A stretch of 63,142 nt of DNA, counting the filler. It is 7 parts of 7 records of this genome, joined end to end, with 100 filler letters (N's around TTAATTAATTAA, not from the genome) between each part and the next. Parts side by side here need not be neighbours in the genome. Positions count along the whole stretch, not along the records: positions 31,577 to 37,313 come from SRR2962707_3419; positions 37,414 to 47,482 come from SRR2962707_3420; 5 more parts are not named here. The stretch is one strand, 5' to 3'. Below are positions 31,658 through 42,841 of this stretch, piece after piece; the stretch's first letter is position 1, and each line of letters opens with the position of its first letter. Under the pieces are notes generated by a model. The model saw only the letters and a list, made by a program, of their open reading frames with translations, was not told the DNA's origin and did not search any database. The position numbers and the translations under genes are program-made.

Positions 31658-33203
31658 ATGCTTCACCAGCTGAGCGAGTACTCGGCTCCAGAATGGTGCC
31701 TCGACCGCGGGTTCACAGCCATTCCCACGCACCGGGTCAAGTTGGCGCAGTTGCCCACACCAATCCATCGGTTTCAACTGCCGCAGGCCAATGCTGGTGA
31801 CACCGAGGAAGACGGGATTGAATCGAGCATGCTGCGCGGGATTGACGTGTTCATTAAGCGTGACGACATGACCGGATCCGACGCATCCGGCAACAAAGTG
31901 CGAAAGCTGGAGTTTCTGATGGCGGACTGCTTGCGCGGAGGAGAAGGAGGCGGACAGCGTAATAAGGCAGTATTTGACAGTGTTGTTACAGTTGGTGGTG
32001 TGCAGAGCAACCATGCGCGTGCCACTGCCGTTGTCGCGCGGCAGTTGGGATTGACGCCCCACCTGTTGCTTAGAGGTGACCCAGCAGCCGCGGAATTCGA
32101 TGGCCGCAGCCCTGATTCGATGCGAGGGAACTTGCTATTCGACAGACTTGTCGGCGCAGAGATTCACCCAATTTCTACTGCCGACTATGGAAATGCACCT
32201 GATGGGTACGCACACCGTGTTTGATTGACAGTGCAATTGTGTGGCGGTCGCGAAGACGAGTCACCCCTTAAACGTGTGCGCTCGCAGATCTGATGGGCTA
32301 ATCAAGCAGCTTGCGCAAAAGCTTGCTTCAGAGCGAAAACTGAATCCATATATTATTCCGATGGGTGGCTCCAATGCAATTGGACTTTGGGGGTATATTG
32401 AAACAATGCGTGAACTTGTTAATCAACAACGCACTCTCGGCAAACGGTTCGATCACGTGGTTGTTGCCTGTGGCTCGGGCGGCACTGCAGCGGGGCTCGC
32501 GATCGGAGCCCGGCTCTTTGCTACGTCAAAGGTGCAGCGAGGCAATTCTGTGCCAACCATTCATGGCGTGTGTGTTTGTGACAGTCCGGCGTGGTTTTAC
32601 AACCATGTCCGTTCAGTTGCATATGCCAGTGGTCTCAGTTGTAAACCTCAACAGGAGGGCGGTATCAACGATCCAACCAAGTGGCTAAAGCTTTATGATG
32701 GGAAAGGGCTTGGGTTCGTCGCTCGCTGCGAGCAAAAGTTGATTGTCCTGCAGAGATCGTTTTCTTGAGTGAAGCATCAAATTTGACATGTTATTGACCA
32801 CAGGTACGCACAAAACACCACCAAGGAACTGCTGTACTTGCGCCGTGTGGCCGCATTGACAGGGGTGGTCCTTGATCCAGTGTACGGCAGTCGCCGGATG
32901 GTTGTTTGATTCTATGACGATGCCATTGTTGTGGTTTGGCGAGCAACATGTGCTCTTTGATTGCATAGGTATACTCTCAAGGCAGCGTTATTTCTTGTCC
33001 AAAATGCAGTGGGCGCGATGGGCATTCAAAAGGGAGAGTCGGTACGTCCCAGCAGGCTGCTTGTGAGCGCTATGGCATTCTTTTGTAGTGGTGGCGTGTG
33101 AGGCTTACATGTTACTGCAACGCTCCCGTGCCAGGTACTGTTTATGCACACTGGTGGCATTTATGGCACCTTTGCAAAGGCCTCGAACCTTGCCGCCTTG
33201 TAG
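31658..33203 (+). CDS. Eukaryotic D-cysteine desulfhydrase (PLP, ACC-deaminase fold), spliced
   Basis: LPTPIH, IKRDD, SGNKVRKLEFL, QSNHARA, ACGSGGT, spliced LDPV|YTLKA and HTGG. First intron is 32206-32287. Confidence 0.85.
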
Positions 33204-33243
33204 ATGTTGTGTGTCACGCCGGGACACAAGCGAAAATTCGGGG

Positions 33244-36200
33244 TTAAGGTTTGATGCCTAAAGCCCGCGCAAAATCGTCGTTTAAGCGTTTTTTTACGTC
33301 TTCAGCAGAACCGAACCGCTTAGCAGCGGCATCGAGTAACCCGGTGATTCGTGGCCGCTCCGTCACATTCTTTTGAGTGAACTTGTAGCGCTGCATTACG
33401 CGGATCAATTGCAATGCAAAGTTAAGGGCACAGCGCCGCGTGAAAAGCCAGCACAAGAGCCCTACACGAAAAAAAGCTTACCTTTGCATCAGCATCAGAC
33501 AAGAACCGCTTTTGGTAGAACTCATACACGCAGTCGCGCGGCATGGTGACGCAGTCAGCAACTTGTGATTCAACCAGCCGAACGCGTATTGAAGCCTTGT
33601 CTGGCATTCTCTTCAGTTTGCGGTTGGCAAGTAATTCCCTTCGATACAGCAAGGGTAGGTTCAGCTCCCCAATACGCACCAATTGCATGCCGAAACTACA
33701 ACCAGCGCCAAAACGTACTCGATCGCCTCGCCAGGGCCCTTACCACCGCCCATGGCCTCATTGAGCACATCCAAGTCTGGTGGCCCCTGCATTCAAATCA
33801 ATGGAACCACGTGGAATAGAGGTCAAGAGAGACTACATTGAAAACCACGGAAAAACACCCAACGCTTGACCTTGTACCTTCAGCAGTGGAAGCACATATG
33901 CGCCAGTTGCAACGAAAGGCTCGCCTTTGAGGAAAACAGGAAGGATTGTCCACGCCCATGGCTTTGCTGCAACCGGAGGCCGGTTTTTCTGTTACAGCAA
34001 AACAACATCACAATCAGCCCCGGCTGTGAAGAGGATTGCTGGTTTCTTCGGGAACCGCGCTAAGGTTGTTCCGGAGGGCGCACCTGGGTAATGTTCATCG
34101 TCAATGCGTACACCTCCACAATAACGACCAACTTGCTATTATATCCTCCGAGCAGCTCGATTTGCGTGAACTTCCACGGCTCATCTGCGAACTGGAACGA
34201 CAAACCAAAGTCAATCAGACGCAAGCGCAATCCCGAAGATGTCACCGATTGCGTTGACCATGTACAACAAACCTGTTGGAATCGTTTCGAACTCGTCCAG
34301 TCGTGGTCATGCGTGAAATGTACATTGTCCGGCAATTTCCGAGTCTTTGAGTAAAAATTGCCCGGTGGCGACAGTGAAAAGACCACCTTGCAAAGTGACT
34401 GCGGAGCCCTCAAAATGCCATCGACAGCGAAAAAGAACCCCGCTTGTGGGTCGAACTAGTCACAATGCACACGCGGCACTGTCATTCGCCTTGAAGAAAG
34501 AGAGGAGCGTTCACAACAGGCCCAATACATCAACGAACCTTGGCAACTTTGTTGTAATTCAACATGTCCGACGGCTTCGCTGGCTGATGGTCCCACCACA
34601 CTTCAAACTCCGGTTGTGTATCAACGTCCAATTCGTTGGGGTTGTATTTTTGAAATGAGTCAAGGACTGTCTCCATTACGTCGGGGTGACCTGACGCAAG
34701 CATGCGCTCAATAGATCGGTACCTTTCTTGTTCACATGGCAGCGGTTTGGCACGCGACGAATCATAGGCTCCGCTTTCGTAGTCCGGTGGCGGTGTGATC
34801 AATTTAGCCTTGGTCTGCGCGTCTGCAGACGGTCCTTCCGCCGACAGCAAGCTCCGTCCGTCGGGCCCCGTCTTGGCACGCTCCACACGGACCTGCCAAT
34901 ATCAATTACATTCCAGCGCTGCTATTAATCAAACCTAACACGTCACTTTTGTCATTTTGCGATGCAGCCGCTCACACTTCGCTACAAACCAGTACAGTCG
35001 CTGCGGATACACGATGGTGGTCGTCAAGACAGCTGGATGTCATGTCATCGCTTCGCCGTGGAGGCCGTTGTCGCAGCGGAAGCTGAAAGCAGCCCTCATT
35101 CAATAAGACGTCCTGAGAAAAAGTGCAGCACCGCTGCGTCAGTGCTTCATTCTAGTTGTGGTGGAAACTTGACGACACGGGTACAAGAGAATATCACCGA
35201 CCTTGGATGCCGAGTCAGTTGGTTGCTTAGACACATCTGCGCGCTGCACAAAAATGTTCAAGAGAGCATACCCAACGACACGAAGATTCCCAGTGACGGC
35301 CTCCACGGTCTCCACTCGAATGACTAACGTGCAGGTCGGGTCGTAAAACCCTTCGCAGGCAAGAAACCATGGTCAGAATAAGGTTGCAAAGATTCTGATC
35401 GTGGAACAAGCAAATACTGCTCCTCATCGACTACAAACCGCCATGGTATTCAGTGTAGTGATTATACTTCGGGCACAACACAGGCGACTTCGAATCTGCA
35501 ACGGCATACACCTCCTCCCCGATAAGATGCCACGGAGCACGTTTAGTCAAGACTTTGTAATTCACCCTTGCAACTGTGCAGATTGATGGAAGAAAACGAC
35601 AACTGTCGAGGTACACGTTGAATCCAGACCGGTCCGTCCACGGCTTGGCGTTACCCGAAGTCTAAACGTGCATACGATTGTAGCCTGTGAGAACGGTTCG
35701 TGCAAAAAAATGGAGCGCTGCTCAACGTGCGGTAACGTACAATGGTTGGAACAGGGATCGTCTTGGCGATGAAAACTTTTCCCAGCCTGGACAAGCAAGG
35801 CACTATCTGTCAAAAGCGGCAAGGCAATCGTCAAAACATGAATTTCAACTCCGACGGGGTGTCACCGTACGAAAAGTCAGGCTCCTGCTTCGTGTCCAGG
35901 GTTGGGACTAGCGAAGGCCCAACCTGTCGCTTTGCAGGGGCAACTGGAGCTGCAGCTTTTGCGGCGGCGGCACCGTCCTTCTTGCTGCCACCAAAAGCAC
36001 GAGCCATCAACAATGTCGATCGACCAAGCATCTAGAGAATCAAAACAAACGCCGCTGATACAGTGACGGTGCATCTTGTTGCTAAAGACAGTGTTTGTGG
36101 TGGTGCTGTGGACAAAACAATCAACCTTCATGCTGATGCGACTCCTTTTCGCGATGCGTGCTGCCCGGAGTGCTTCTTCACTTTGCTCTTCCTGTGCGTA

Positions 36201-37313
36201 GAGCAACAATCGCAAGGTGGGTGCCTGTCCACGCTGCAAACCATAGAGTAAATTCAATCCCGACTTCCTACCTCCGTAACGGGGCCCATCGAACCGATAT
36301 CCGACTCACGGAAACAGAGTTTGACATTCAACTTGCCGCCGTCTATGCTTTTGAGAGCATGCCCGAAATCGGCAATGGACACCGGCATTTCTTTCAGATC
36401 AATTGATTCCCCAGTCGGCACCTTTGTTCCTGGTGCGCGAGCCGCTGCTTTTAGTTCTTCAGTGACGTCGATCGCGCCTGTCGCAAGCAAGTGCAACTTG
36501 AGCCACAATCGCACTGCTGCAGCCAAGCAACACTGATAACTCGCAACAGCAACAAAAATCTACCCCAGTTTTCAAAAGCGCCACGTCGCGCGATTGCTTC
36601 GGACGCTTCGAACACCAACCATAACCTGTCACCAGGTTGAAACCCGCCGTTGTCTTCCAGCACAGAGTGCCGATCAAACCAATGCTCTGAATGACTCGGT
36701 GCCCACGTGTACCTTGTGCACACAATTGTCGCAACAATTGCAATGAATGCAAATAGTGCAATTGCTTTCTGAGCCAGACGCACCAACGTTCGTGTCAGCA
36801 CTAACCTCACATCGCCAGGTTTAGATTGTTTAGAATCAGGCGCTGCAGCGGGAAGCTCAAACGGAAGGCCAACCTTTTGGTACTCCACGCCGCGTTGGCG
36901 GTGAGCTTGCACAACCACCTAAACCAAAGAAACAGAAAAATCCAATCGTCAGTCCCCGCAGGCTTAGCATAGTGCCCCCGCCCCCGCCCCCAAAATCTTG
37001 ACGATGACAAACCTTCAGGTTCCCCATGCCTTTGTTGTCGTTTAAACGCAGAAGATCAACTCGGACACCGACCCCTTCAGGACCTGACTTGTAAACAGGT
37101 TTTTCCACGACACGGGCGTTGGGGCTCGTTGCTGGCTTCATTTCACCGTCCACAGCTTTTTGTGGAGAAGAATCACCCTTCGAATCAGCAGCCTTGGTCT
37201 CTACAGTTGGCTTGCGTTTGGTTTCAGAGTCGACAGCAGCTGCTGCGGGCGCTGGCACTGGCGCTGGTGCAGGAGCTGGTGCAGGAGCTGGTGCCGGAGC
37301 TGGTGCCGGAGCT
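33244..37313 (-). CDS. Single multi-exon eukaryotic gene, CCDC17-family-like (C2-like domains), 5' end cut by the contig edge
   Basis: Spliced segments GFNVYLDSCRFLP, DPTCTLVIRVET..VVGYALLNIF, LNEGCFQLPL, PPPDYESGAYDS, KVVFSLSPPGNFY and WAWTILPVF..GAYVLPL. The family call is from memory; the gene itself is well supported by GT-AG junctions. Confidence 0.5.
37248..37313. repeat. 6/12-bp tandem repeat encoding (Ala-Pro)n on the minus strand
   Basis: gctggtgcagga/gctggtgccgga units at the contig end. Confidence 0.85.
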
Positions 37314-37413
37314 NNNNNNNNNNNNNNNNNNNNNNNNNNNNNNNNNNNNNNNNNNNNTTAATTAATTAANNNNNNNNNNNNNNNNNNNNNNNNNNNNNNN
37401 NNNNNNNNNNNNN
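37314..37413. other. Artificial contig spacer
   Basis: N44-TTAATTAATTAA-N44. Confidence 0.99.
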
Positions 37414-37443
37414 GATTTGAACTCTCGGCCTCTCCCTTACCAA
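37414..37443 (-). mobile_element. att site: 3' fragment of tRNA-Thr(GGT)
   Basis: Minus strand reads TTGGTAA-GGGAG-AGGCC-GAGAG-TTCAAATC (anticodon loop, 3' anticodon arm, T arm). The 5' anticodon arm is absent (TATAA in place of CTCCC). It lies 11 bp after the integrase stop. Confidence 0.8.
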
Positions 37444-37454
37444 TTATATGCTCA

Positions 37455-38287
37455 TTATAATTTAAGTATCTGTTTTTTATAAATAATTTGCCTTTTCCCC
37501 TGTTCCTTTCCCCAGTTTCCCCCAGGCAGCGCATCTATTGTAGCTCTATGCTCTTCGACGTTCGTGTGTGCATATCTCATCACCATACTTATTGACTTCC
37601 AGCCACCGATACGCATGAGAGCGGCAAAATCTCGATTTTCCCTATAGTGCCAAGTCGCAAATGTGTGTCGACAGTCATGTGGGTGAAAGTCGTTCAATCC
37701 GGCAGCCTTAACGGCCTTGTCGAATGAATATCTAATCGCTGAACTATGTGAGGTTTCTTTGAGGCTTTGCTCACTTGGCAGCCTGTAAGGCTTTCCATTG
37801 CGGTCAAGAAACACCCGACCATCTCGATGGCTGTACGTCTCAATGCTATCTACGATGCGGGGATGCAACGGAACTCCGCGGGCGTCGCCATTTTTTGTCC
37901 TTGGAAACGTCACATGCGAACGCATCAAATCTAAGTTGACCCAATCCAAGGTTAGAGCTTCGCCGACGCGGGCACCTGTATAAAAAAGAAAAACGAGTAG
38001 TGGCTTAAGATGTGGATCAGCAGCTTCGATCAGACGGTCAGCTTCTTCAATTTTTAGCCAGCGAATACGAGGGCGTGATTGCTTAGGTCTCTCGAAAAAT
38101 GGCTTGTCACACCATCCAATGTTTGCTGCGTGATTAAGAATGGCGGAAATAGGGGTAAAGACTTGGCGGTTTTTCGTAGCGTTTGTCGCATTAGGCAAAA
38201 TTTTATGGGCTACTTGCGCTACAACATTTTGATCGATTTCTCTTAAATTTAGGTTCCCTAAATGGTCGGCGAGTGGTTCTAGAAACC
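37455..38287 (-). pseudogene. Tyrosine integrase, catalytic domain intact, 5' end lost
   Basis: TGARVGE (R), TKNG (K), HDCRH, GGWKS and MRYAH (Y). The frame extends up to FLEPLADHLG and then meets IS21 sequence with no start codon. Confidence 0.85.
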
Positions 38288-38579
38288 AATATAGGGATCA
38301 AGCTTAGGGCGCCTAATCGGCTTCGTGCGGCGATAGCCAGGAGGAATAGAAAACTTCAGCAACTTATCGACCGTTCGACGATCAATCCCAAAAATACGTG
38401 CCGCTTCACGACGGCTCATACCTTCAATCAAAACGGCACGGCGAACTCGACCATACAAATCCACGCTCTTCACCATTCCCTCCGACAAAACAGAGAGCCT
38501 ATCAGTGGCGGAGTTTTACTCCGGCTTCAGCGACAAAGAATCGCCGATTCATTGGTGGATTATTGCTCCGGCGTTCTCA
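38279..38579 (-). mobile_element. istA: IS21-family remnant: left end plus istA 5' fragment (38279-38476)
   Basis: End starts TGAGAACGCCGGAG at 38579 and has two internal 20-bp repeats (38553-38572 and 38506-38525, 16/20 identical). Peptide MVKSVDLYGRVRRAV..GMSRREAARIFGIDRRTV..PKLDPYIGF* is an IstA HTH. Confidence 0.85.
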
Positions 38580-38752
38580 GTGCCGCCGTATTGAACCAAG
38601 TTAGCCATCAACGCCATTTTTTATGCCGTTCGAGCTTCCAGCAACTACGCAACCAGTTGCTAAGCGACTGGCGCATTTTGTGCGCGGGCTATTGATTGCT
38701 GGTGCGGCTTATTTCGTCCGTTTAAAGTTGCTCTGACAAGCTCAACTGGTCC

Positions 38753-39907
38753 CTATCGCGCTTTGGCAAGCACGCTGAGCGCAGCCTGCAAGTCAAACTT
38801 GGTGGGATTTGCACCCGCACATGGGTCAATAATTGCCAATGCCGCGATCTCGTTCATATCGTCAATGGTCACGCCCATGCCTTCTAAGGTGTCCGGGATT
38901 GCCATTTTCTTTCTTATATCAAGAACCCAGTCGAGGATGCCAGATGCATCATCATCAAGATCTAGAACCCTAGAGAGAACCTTCATTTTATCTTCAATCA
39001 CAGGCCAGTTATGGCGCAGCACATGCGGCATCAAGACGGCATTCAGAAGCCCGTGATGCGCATCATATCGTGCTCCAAGTGCATGCGATAAAGCATGCAT
39101 GGCGCCGAGGCCTTTTTGTAATGCAACACAAGCCATCGCCGAAGCGATCAACATTTCGGAGCGCGCTTCCAGATCCGTGCCATCTTCATAAGATCTAACA
39201 AGAGAGCGCTTAATCATGGTCAACGCCTGAACTGCCAGACCGTCTGCCATCGGGTGATGGCTTGAAACACATAAAGCCTCAAGCGCATGGCTCAATGCGT
39301 CCATGCCTGTTGCAGCGGTCAAACCTGCGGGTAAACCTATAATCAGTTTTGGGTCCATAATGACGATGCTGGGAAGCATCTCAGGATGGAAAATTATGAC
39401 TTTTCGATGTGGTGTGTCTTGCGTGATGACAGATGCACGGCCAAACTCAGAGCCTGTTCCAGCCGTTGTTGGAATTGCAATGCTGGGCAAGATGGCTTCC
39501 TTGTTTACATTCCGCCAATTGTCACCGATGTCTTCGAAATCCCATATCGGGCGTGATTGACCTGCCATGAGAGCGATTGCCTTACCTGCATCAAGTGCAG
39601 AGCCGCCGCCGATTGCAATCACGCAATCATGGTGTCCAGCAGTCGCAACCTTTACGCCGTCCTCAACATTCTTTCCGCTAGGGTTCGGCTGGATGTTGGT
39701 GAATATATCGTGGCTGATACCCGCCTGATTGAGCGCGTCTCTCAACTGCGCGATCATTTGATGATCGGCCAAACCACGGTCTGTAACAACAAGTGGCTTT
39801 GAGCACCCGATCTCAACGACAGCTTTAGCAATGTCGTTCAGCCTTTCGGGGCCATACCAAACGGTTGTTGGGAATCCCCAATTTGCACTATCTAGATGAG
39901 TTGTCAT
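38753..39907 (-). CDS. Iron-containing alcohol dehydrogenase
   Basis: GGGSALD.GK, IPTTAGTGSE, GMDALSHALE and HALSH..HHG. Confidence 0.92.
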   Translation of the reverse strand: MTTHLDSANWGFPTTVWYGPERLNDIAKAVVEIGCSKPLVVTDRGLADHQMIAQLRDALNQAGISHDIFTNIQPNPSGKNVEDGVKVATAGHHDCVIAIGGGSALDAGKAIALMAGQSRPIWDFEDIGDNWRNVNKEAILPSIAIPTTAGTGSEFGRASVITQDTPHRKVIIFHPEMLPSIVIMDPKLIIGLPAGLTAATGMDALSHALEALCVSSHHPMADGLAVQALTMIKRSLVRSYEDGTDLEARSEMLIASAMACVALQKGLGAMHALSHALGARYDAHHGLLNAVLMPHVLRHNWPVIEDKMKVLSRVLDLDDDASGILDWVLDIRKKMAIPDTLEGMGVTIDDMNEIAALAIIDPCAGANPTKFDLQAALSVLAKAR

Positions 39908-39943
39908 TTAAATTCACTTTTACTTAAAATATCTGGACTGGAA

Positions 39944-40780
39944 TTATTCGGTAGCAACTGAGATCGATCTTTTTGCTGCCGCACGGCGTCTCAAAAAATC
40001 AGCGACGCCTACCAACATGAGAGCTGGTATAAAGGTCAGTGTTGCAAGGGCAGGGTAGATTGGTGAAGACCCTACAGCGATGCCGCTAAATACAAATGTT
40101 GGCAGTGTGCGGGCTGTACCCGCAAGACTATAGGTGATGTAAAAATTACCCCAAGAGAGCAAGAACGCAAATATTCCAGCTGAAAATATGCCTGGCCAAA
40201 TCAACGGGATCGTCACTTCCTTAAGCACTTGCCAGCGATTTGCACCACTGTCTCGGGCAGCATCTTCTAATGTATCGTCAAACCCATGAACTTGCACAGC
40301 GATAACAACTAGAGCGAACGGTGTAATGTAAACCACATGTCCGATAACCGCACTCCAGAGGGAGGTGGAGAAGTCGAGCCATGATCCGAGAAAAGAGAAC
40401 CATAGAAGCATTACCACGCCAAGCAGCAATTGCGGGAAGAGCAGGGGGGTGAATGTCAAAATTTGGAACGCGCGATGGAACTTAAACCGGAATCGTATCC
40501 ACGCGATAGCGCCGCCAGCACCCAAAATGGTGGCGAAGATTGTAGTGAAAAATGCCAGCGTGGCTGAATTTCTCAGAGCCGGCCAAAAATCATTTTCAGC
40601 AAATAGTTCACCATACCAACGAACACTAAAGTGCTCGATCGGAAATGTTAGAAACCGCGAGTCCGTGAATGAGAAAAGGATCAGCGTAAATATAGGAATG
40701 TAGAAGAATATAAGAACGGCAATCACTGAACCGTAGAGCAGCGAATCCGCCAGCTTTTTTTCCAATTTATTGTAAATCAT
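39944..40780 (-). CDS. ABC permease, PotC-like
   Basis: EAA loop LEDAARDSGA. ATGA coupling at 40777-40780. Confidence 0.88.
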   Translation of the reverse strand: MIYNKLEKKLADSLLYGSVIAVLIFFYIPIFTLILFSFTDSRFLTFPIEHFSVRWYGELFAENDFWPALRNSATLAFFTTIFATILGAGGAIAWIRFRFKFHRAFQILTFTPLLFPQLLLGVVMLLWFSFLGSWLDFSTSLWSAVIGHVVYITPFALVVIAVQVHGFDDTLEDAARDSGANRWQVLKEVTIPLIWPGIFSAGIFAFLLSWGNFYITYSLAGTARTLPTFVFSGIAVGSSPIYPALATLTFIPALMLVGVADFLRRRAAAKRSISVATE

Positions 40781-41652
40781 GATGCGACCTGCAGTTCTTT
40801 GTTGCGCTTTGCCAAAACAAACCCCGCAACCGTGAGCGTGATAGCGCCAATGGCAATGACAATCAGGGTTAATGCCGCACCAACTGGCCAATTAACGCGT
40901 GTTTCAAAGCTCTGGCGGATGAGTTCTGCAGCCATTGGAGATGTTCCACCACCCATGACCTTGGGTTCTAGAAACACGCCGAGGCTGAGAACAAACACAA
41001 GGATAGCGCCTGCATAAATACCCGGTTTTGAAAGTGGTAGTGTGACCTCCCAGAAGCCGCGCAATCTTGATGCACCAGAGTCATAAGCAGCACTAACAAG
41101 GTCGCGGTCTATGCGGTCCATGGATAAATAGATCGTGAATATAGTGTAGGGCAGTAGGTTATATACCATGCCAATCATGGTCGCGGTTGGTGAAAACATA
41201 ATGTCAGTCGAAGCTGGTGGCAGGCCGATCCAAGCCAGTGCCCCATTTAAAACACCCGTGCGATCTAGGAATAAAACCCAGCCAAAAGTTTTGAGAACGG
41301 CATCGGCTAGAAACGCAAAAATCATCAGGATTTTAATATGGTTTTCTAAGCTGCGCATGCGTGTGACTAATGCGTATGCGACCGGCAGACCGATTAAGAT
41401 GCAAAGCAATACACAGGTCAAAGCCATGTATAATGTCCGAAGCATAGTCACCCAAGTGTAATATGACCCAAGCACTTCGCGCCAAACGTCTAGATCCCAT
41501 GTCCACACAAGGCGGTAATATTCTGTGCCCTGAAAACTTAAAAGCACCGTCATTCCGAAAGGGATGAGGAAGAACAAGACCAGCAAAACAGTAAGTGGCA
41601 GTGTTGCGACTTGAAGTGCAGGGCTACGCCAAGATAGATTTTGTATCCGCAT
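40777..41652 (-). CDS. ABC permease, PotB-like
   Basis: GMVYNLLPY, AAYDSGAS, VTLPLSKPG and NWPVGAAL. Confidence 0.88.
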   Translation of the reverse strand: MRIQNLSWRSPALQVATLPLTVLLVLFFLIPFGMTVLLSFQGTEYYRLVWTWDLDVWREVLGSYYTWVTMLRTLYMALTCVLLCILIGLPVAYALVTRMRSLENHIKILMIFAFLADAVLKTFGWVLFLDRTGVLNGALAWIGLPPASTDIMFSPTATMIGMVYNLLPYTIFTIYLSMDRIDRDLVSAAYDSGASRLRGFWEVTLPLSKPGIYAGAILVFVLSLGVFLEPKVMGGGTSPMAAELIRQSFETRVNWPVGAALTLIVIAIGAITLTVAGFVLAKRNKELQVAS

Positions 41653-41654
41653 GA

Positions 41655-42743
41655 TCAGGCCTTCAAAATGAAGATGTCGTTGAGGTTGAAGCCGAGCTCG
41701 ACAGCAGTGCCAACACGCAATGGCTCGCTTGAAGTGCCAGGCGCATCCACAATGATGATTTTAGATGTCTCTTGCTCTTTGATGCGATATTGAACCGTTG
41801 CGCCTTTGACGAAAAACTCGTCGACAAGACCAGTGATGGTGCAATCCTTAGCCGGTGTATCAGTGCCGATTAGCTCAATCATTTCTGGCCGGATCATAAG
41901 AAGATTTTCGGCACTATCTAGGTCATCTGCCAGTTGTGACAAGGCGAGAACTGGCTGACCACATTTAACGCCCTTTGCGCTAAACTCTACACTATCTGCA
42001 TTTTTAGAAATTGTTGTCGGAATTAGGTTTGTTTCACCAATGAACCCTGCAACGAATGCATCCGCCGGTCGATAGTAAATGTCGGTAGGCGTTCCAATCT
42101 GTAGAACCTTGCCGGCACGCATAACGCAGATGCGGTCAGCCAACATCATGGCTTCTTCCAAGTCGTGCGTCACATGCACAAAACTTGTGCCAACGCTGCG
42201 ATGCAAACGCTTTAATTCCGCTTGGAGTGATTTCTTAAGCTTCACGTCGAGTGCGCTGAGTGGTTCATCTAAAAGCAGAACACTTGGGGATGAAATCATC
42301 GACCGAGCAAGGGCAACGCGTTGCTGTTCACCGCCGGATAGTTGCAGTGGGTAGCGTTGTAAGTATTCTTCTTTTAGATGCATGAGCTCGAGCATTTTAT
42401 GCACTTTTTCAGCGATCTTTGATTTTTCTTCTTTCGCAATTTTCAAAGGAAACGCGATGTTATCGAAGATTGTTTTGTGGGGGAACAATGCAAGCTTCTG
42501 AAAAACCATACGTGTTGGCCGTTCAGAGGGAGGAATCCCCTCCATGTCCTTCCCTTCAATTAAAAGCGTGCCTGAAGATGCGCCTTCAAAGCCTGCGAGT
42601 ATTTTAAGTAAGGATGTTTTACCGCAGCCAGAAGGTCCAACTAATGCGATGAATTCGCCATCACCGACCGAGAGGGAAATGTCTCTTAGAGCGCGATAGT
42701 CTCCATAGTATTTATTTACGTTTTTAACTTCAATGATGTTCAC
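41655..42743 (-). CDS. ABC ATPase, PotA-like
   Basis: GPSGCGKT, LSGGEQQRVALAR, LLDEPLSALD and VTHD; TOBE-like C-terminus. Confidence 0.92.
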   Translation of the reverse strand: MNIIEVKNVNKYYGDYRALRDISLSVGDGEFIALVGPSGCGKTSLLKILAGFEGASSGTLLIEGKDMEGIPPSERPTRMVFQKLALFPHKTIFDNIAFPLKIAKEEKSKIAEKVHKMLELMHLKEEYLQRYPLQLSGGEQQRVALARSMISSPSVLLLDEPLSALDVKLKKSLQAELKRLHRSVGTSFVHVTHDLEEAMMLADRICVMRAGKVLQIGTPTDIYYRPADAFVAGFIGETNLIPTTISKNADSVEFSAKGVKCGQPVLALSQLADDLDSAENLLMIRPEMIELIGTDTPAKDCTITGLVDEFFVKGATVQYRIKEQETSKIIIVDAPGTSSEPLRVGTAVELGFNLNDIFILKA

Positions 42744-42794
42744 GGTTTTGGCTTCTTTGATTGCTGATTGGGTGATGTCATTTTACGTTTAATG

Positions 42795-42830
42795 AAAAAG
42801 CCCAACCGCTGAAACTGAGGCGGCTGGGCT
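42795..42830 (-). terminator. Terminator-like hairpin between the SBP and ATPase genes
   Basis: AGCCCAACCGC...GCGGCTGGGCT stem with a T-run on the minus strand. This is a common way to bias expression toward the SBP. Confidence 0.7.
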
Positions 42831-42841
42831 CTAATATAGTT

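Noticed and set aside
35831..36031. MLGRSTLLMARAFGG... as a separate mitochondrion-targeted protein
   Set aside because: The ATG directly follows a TAG acceptor and is in phase with the upstream exon (..SRISMK|), so it is an internal exon.
37414..37460. Intact tRNA-Thr gene
   Set aside because: The 5' half and 5' anticodon arm are missing, and it abuts the integrase stop. It is an att duplication.
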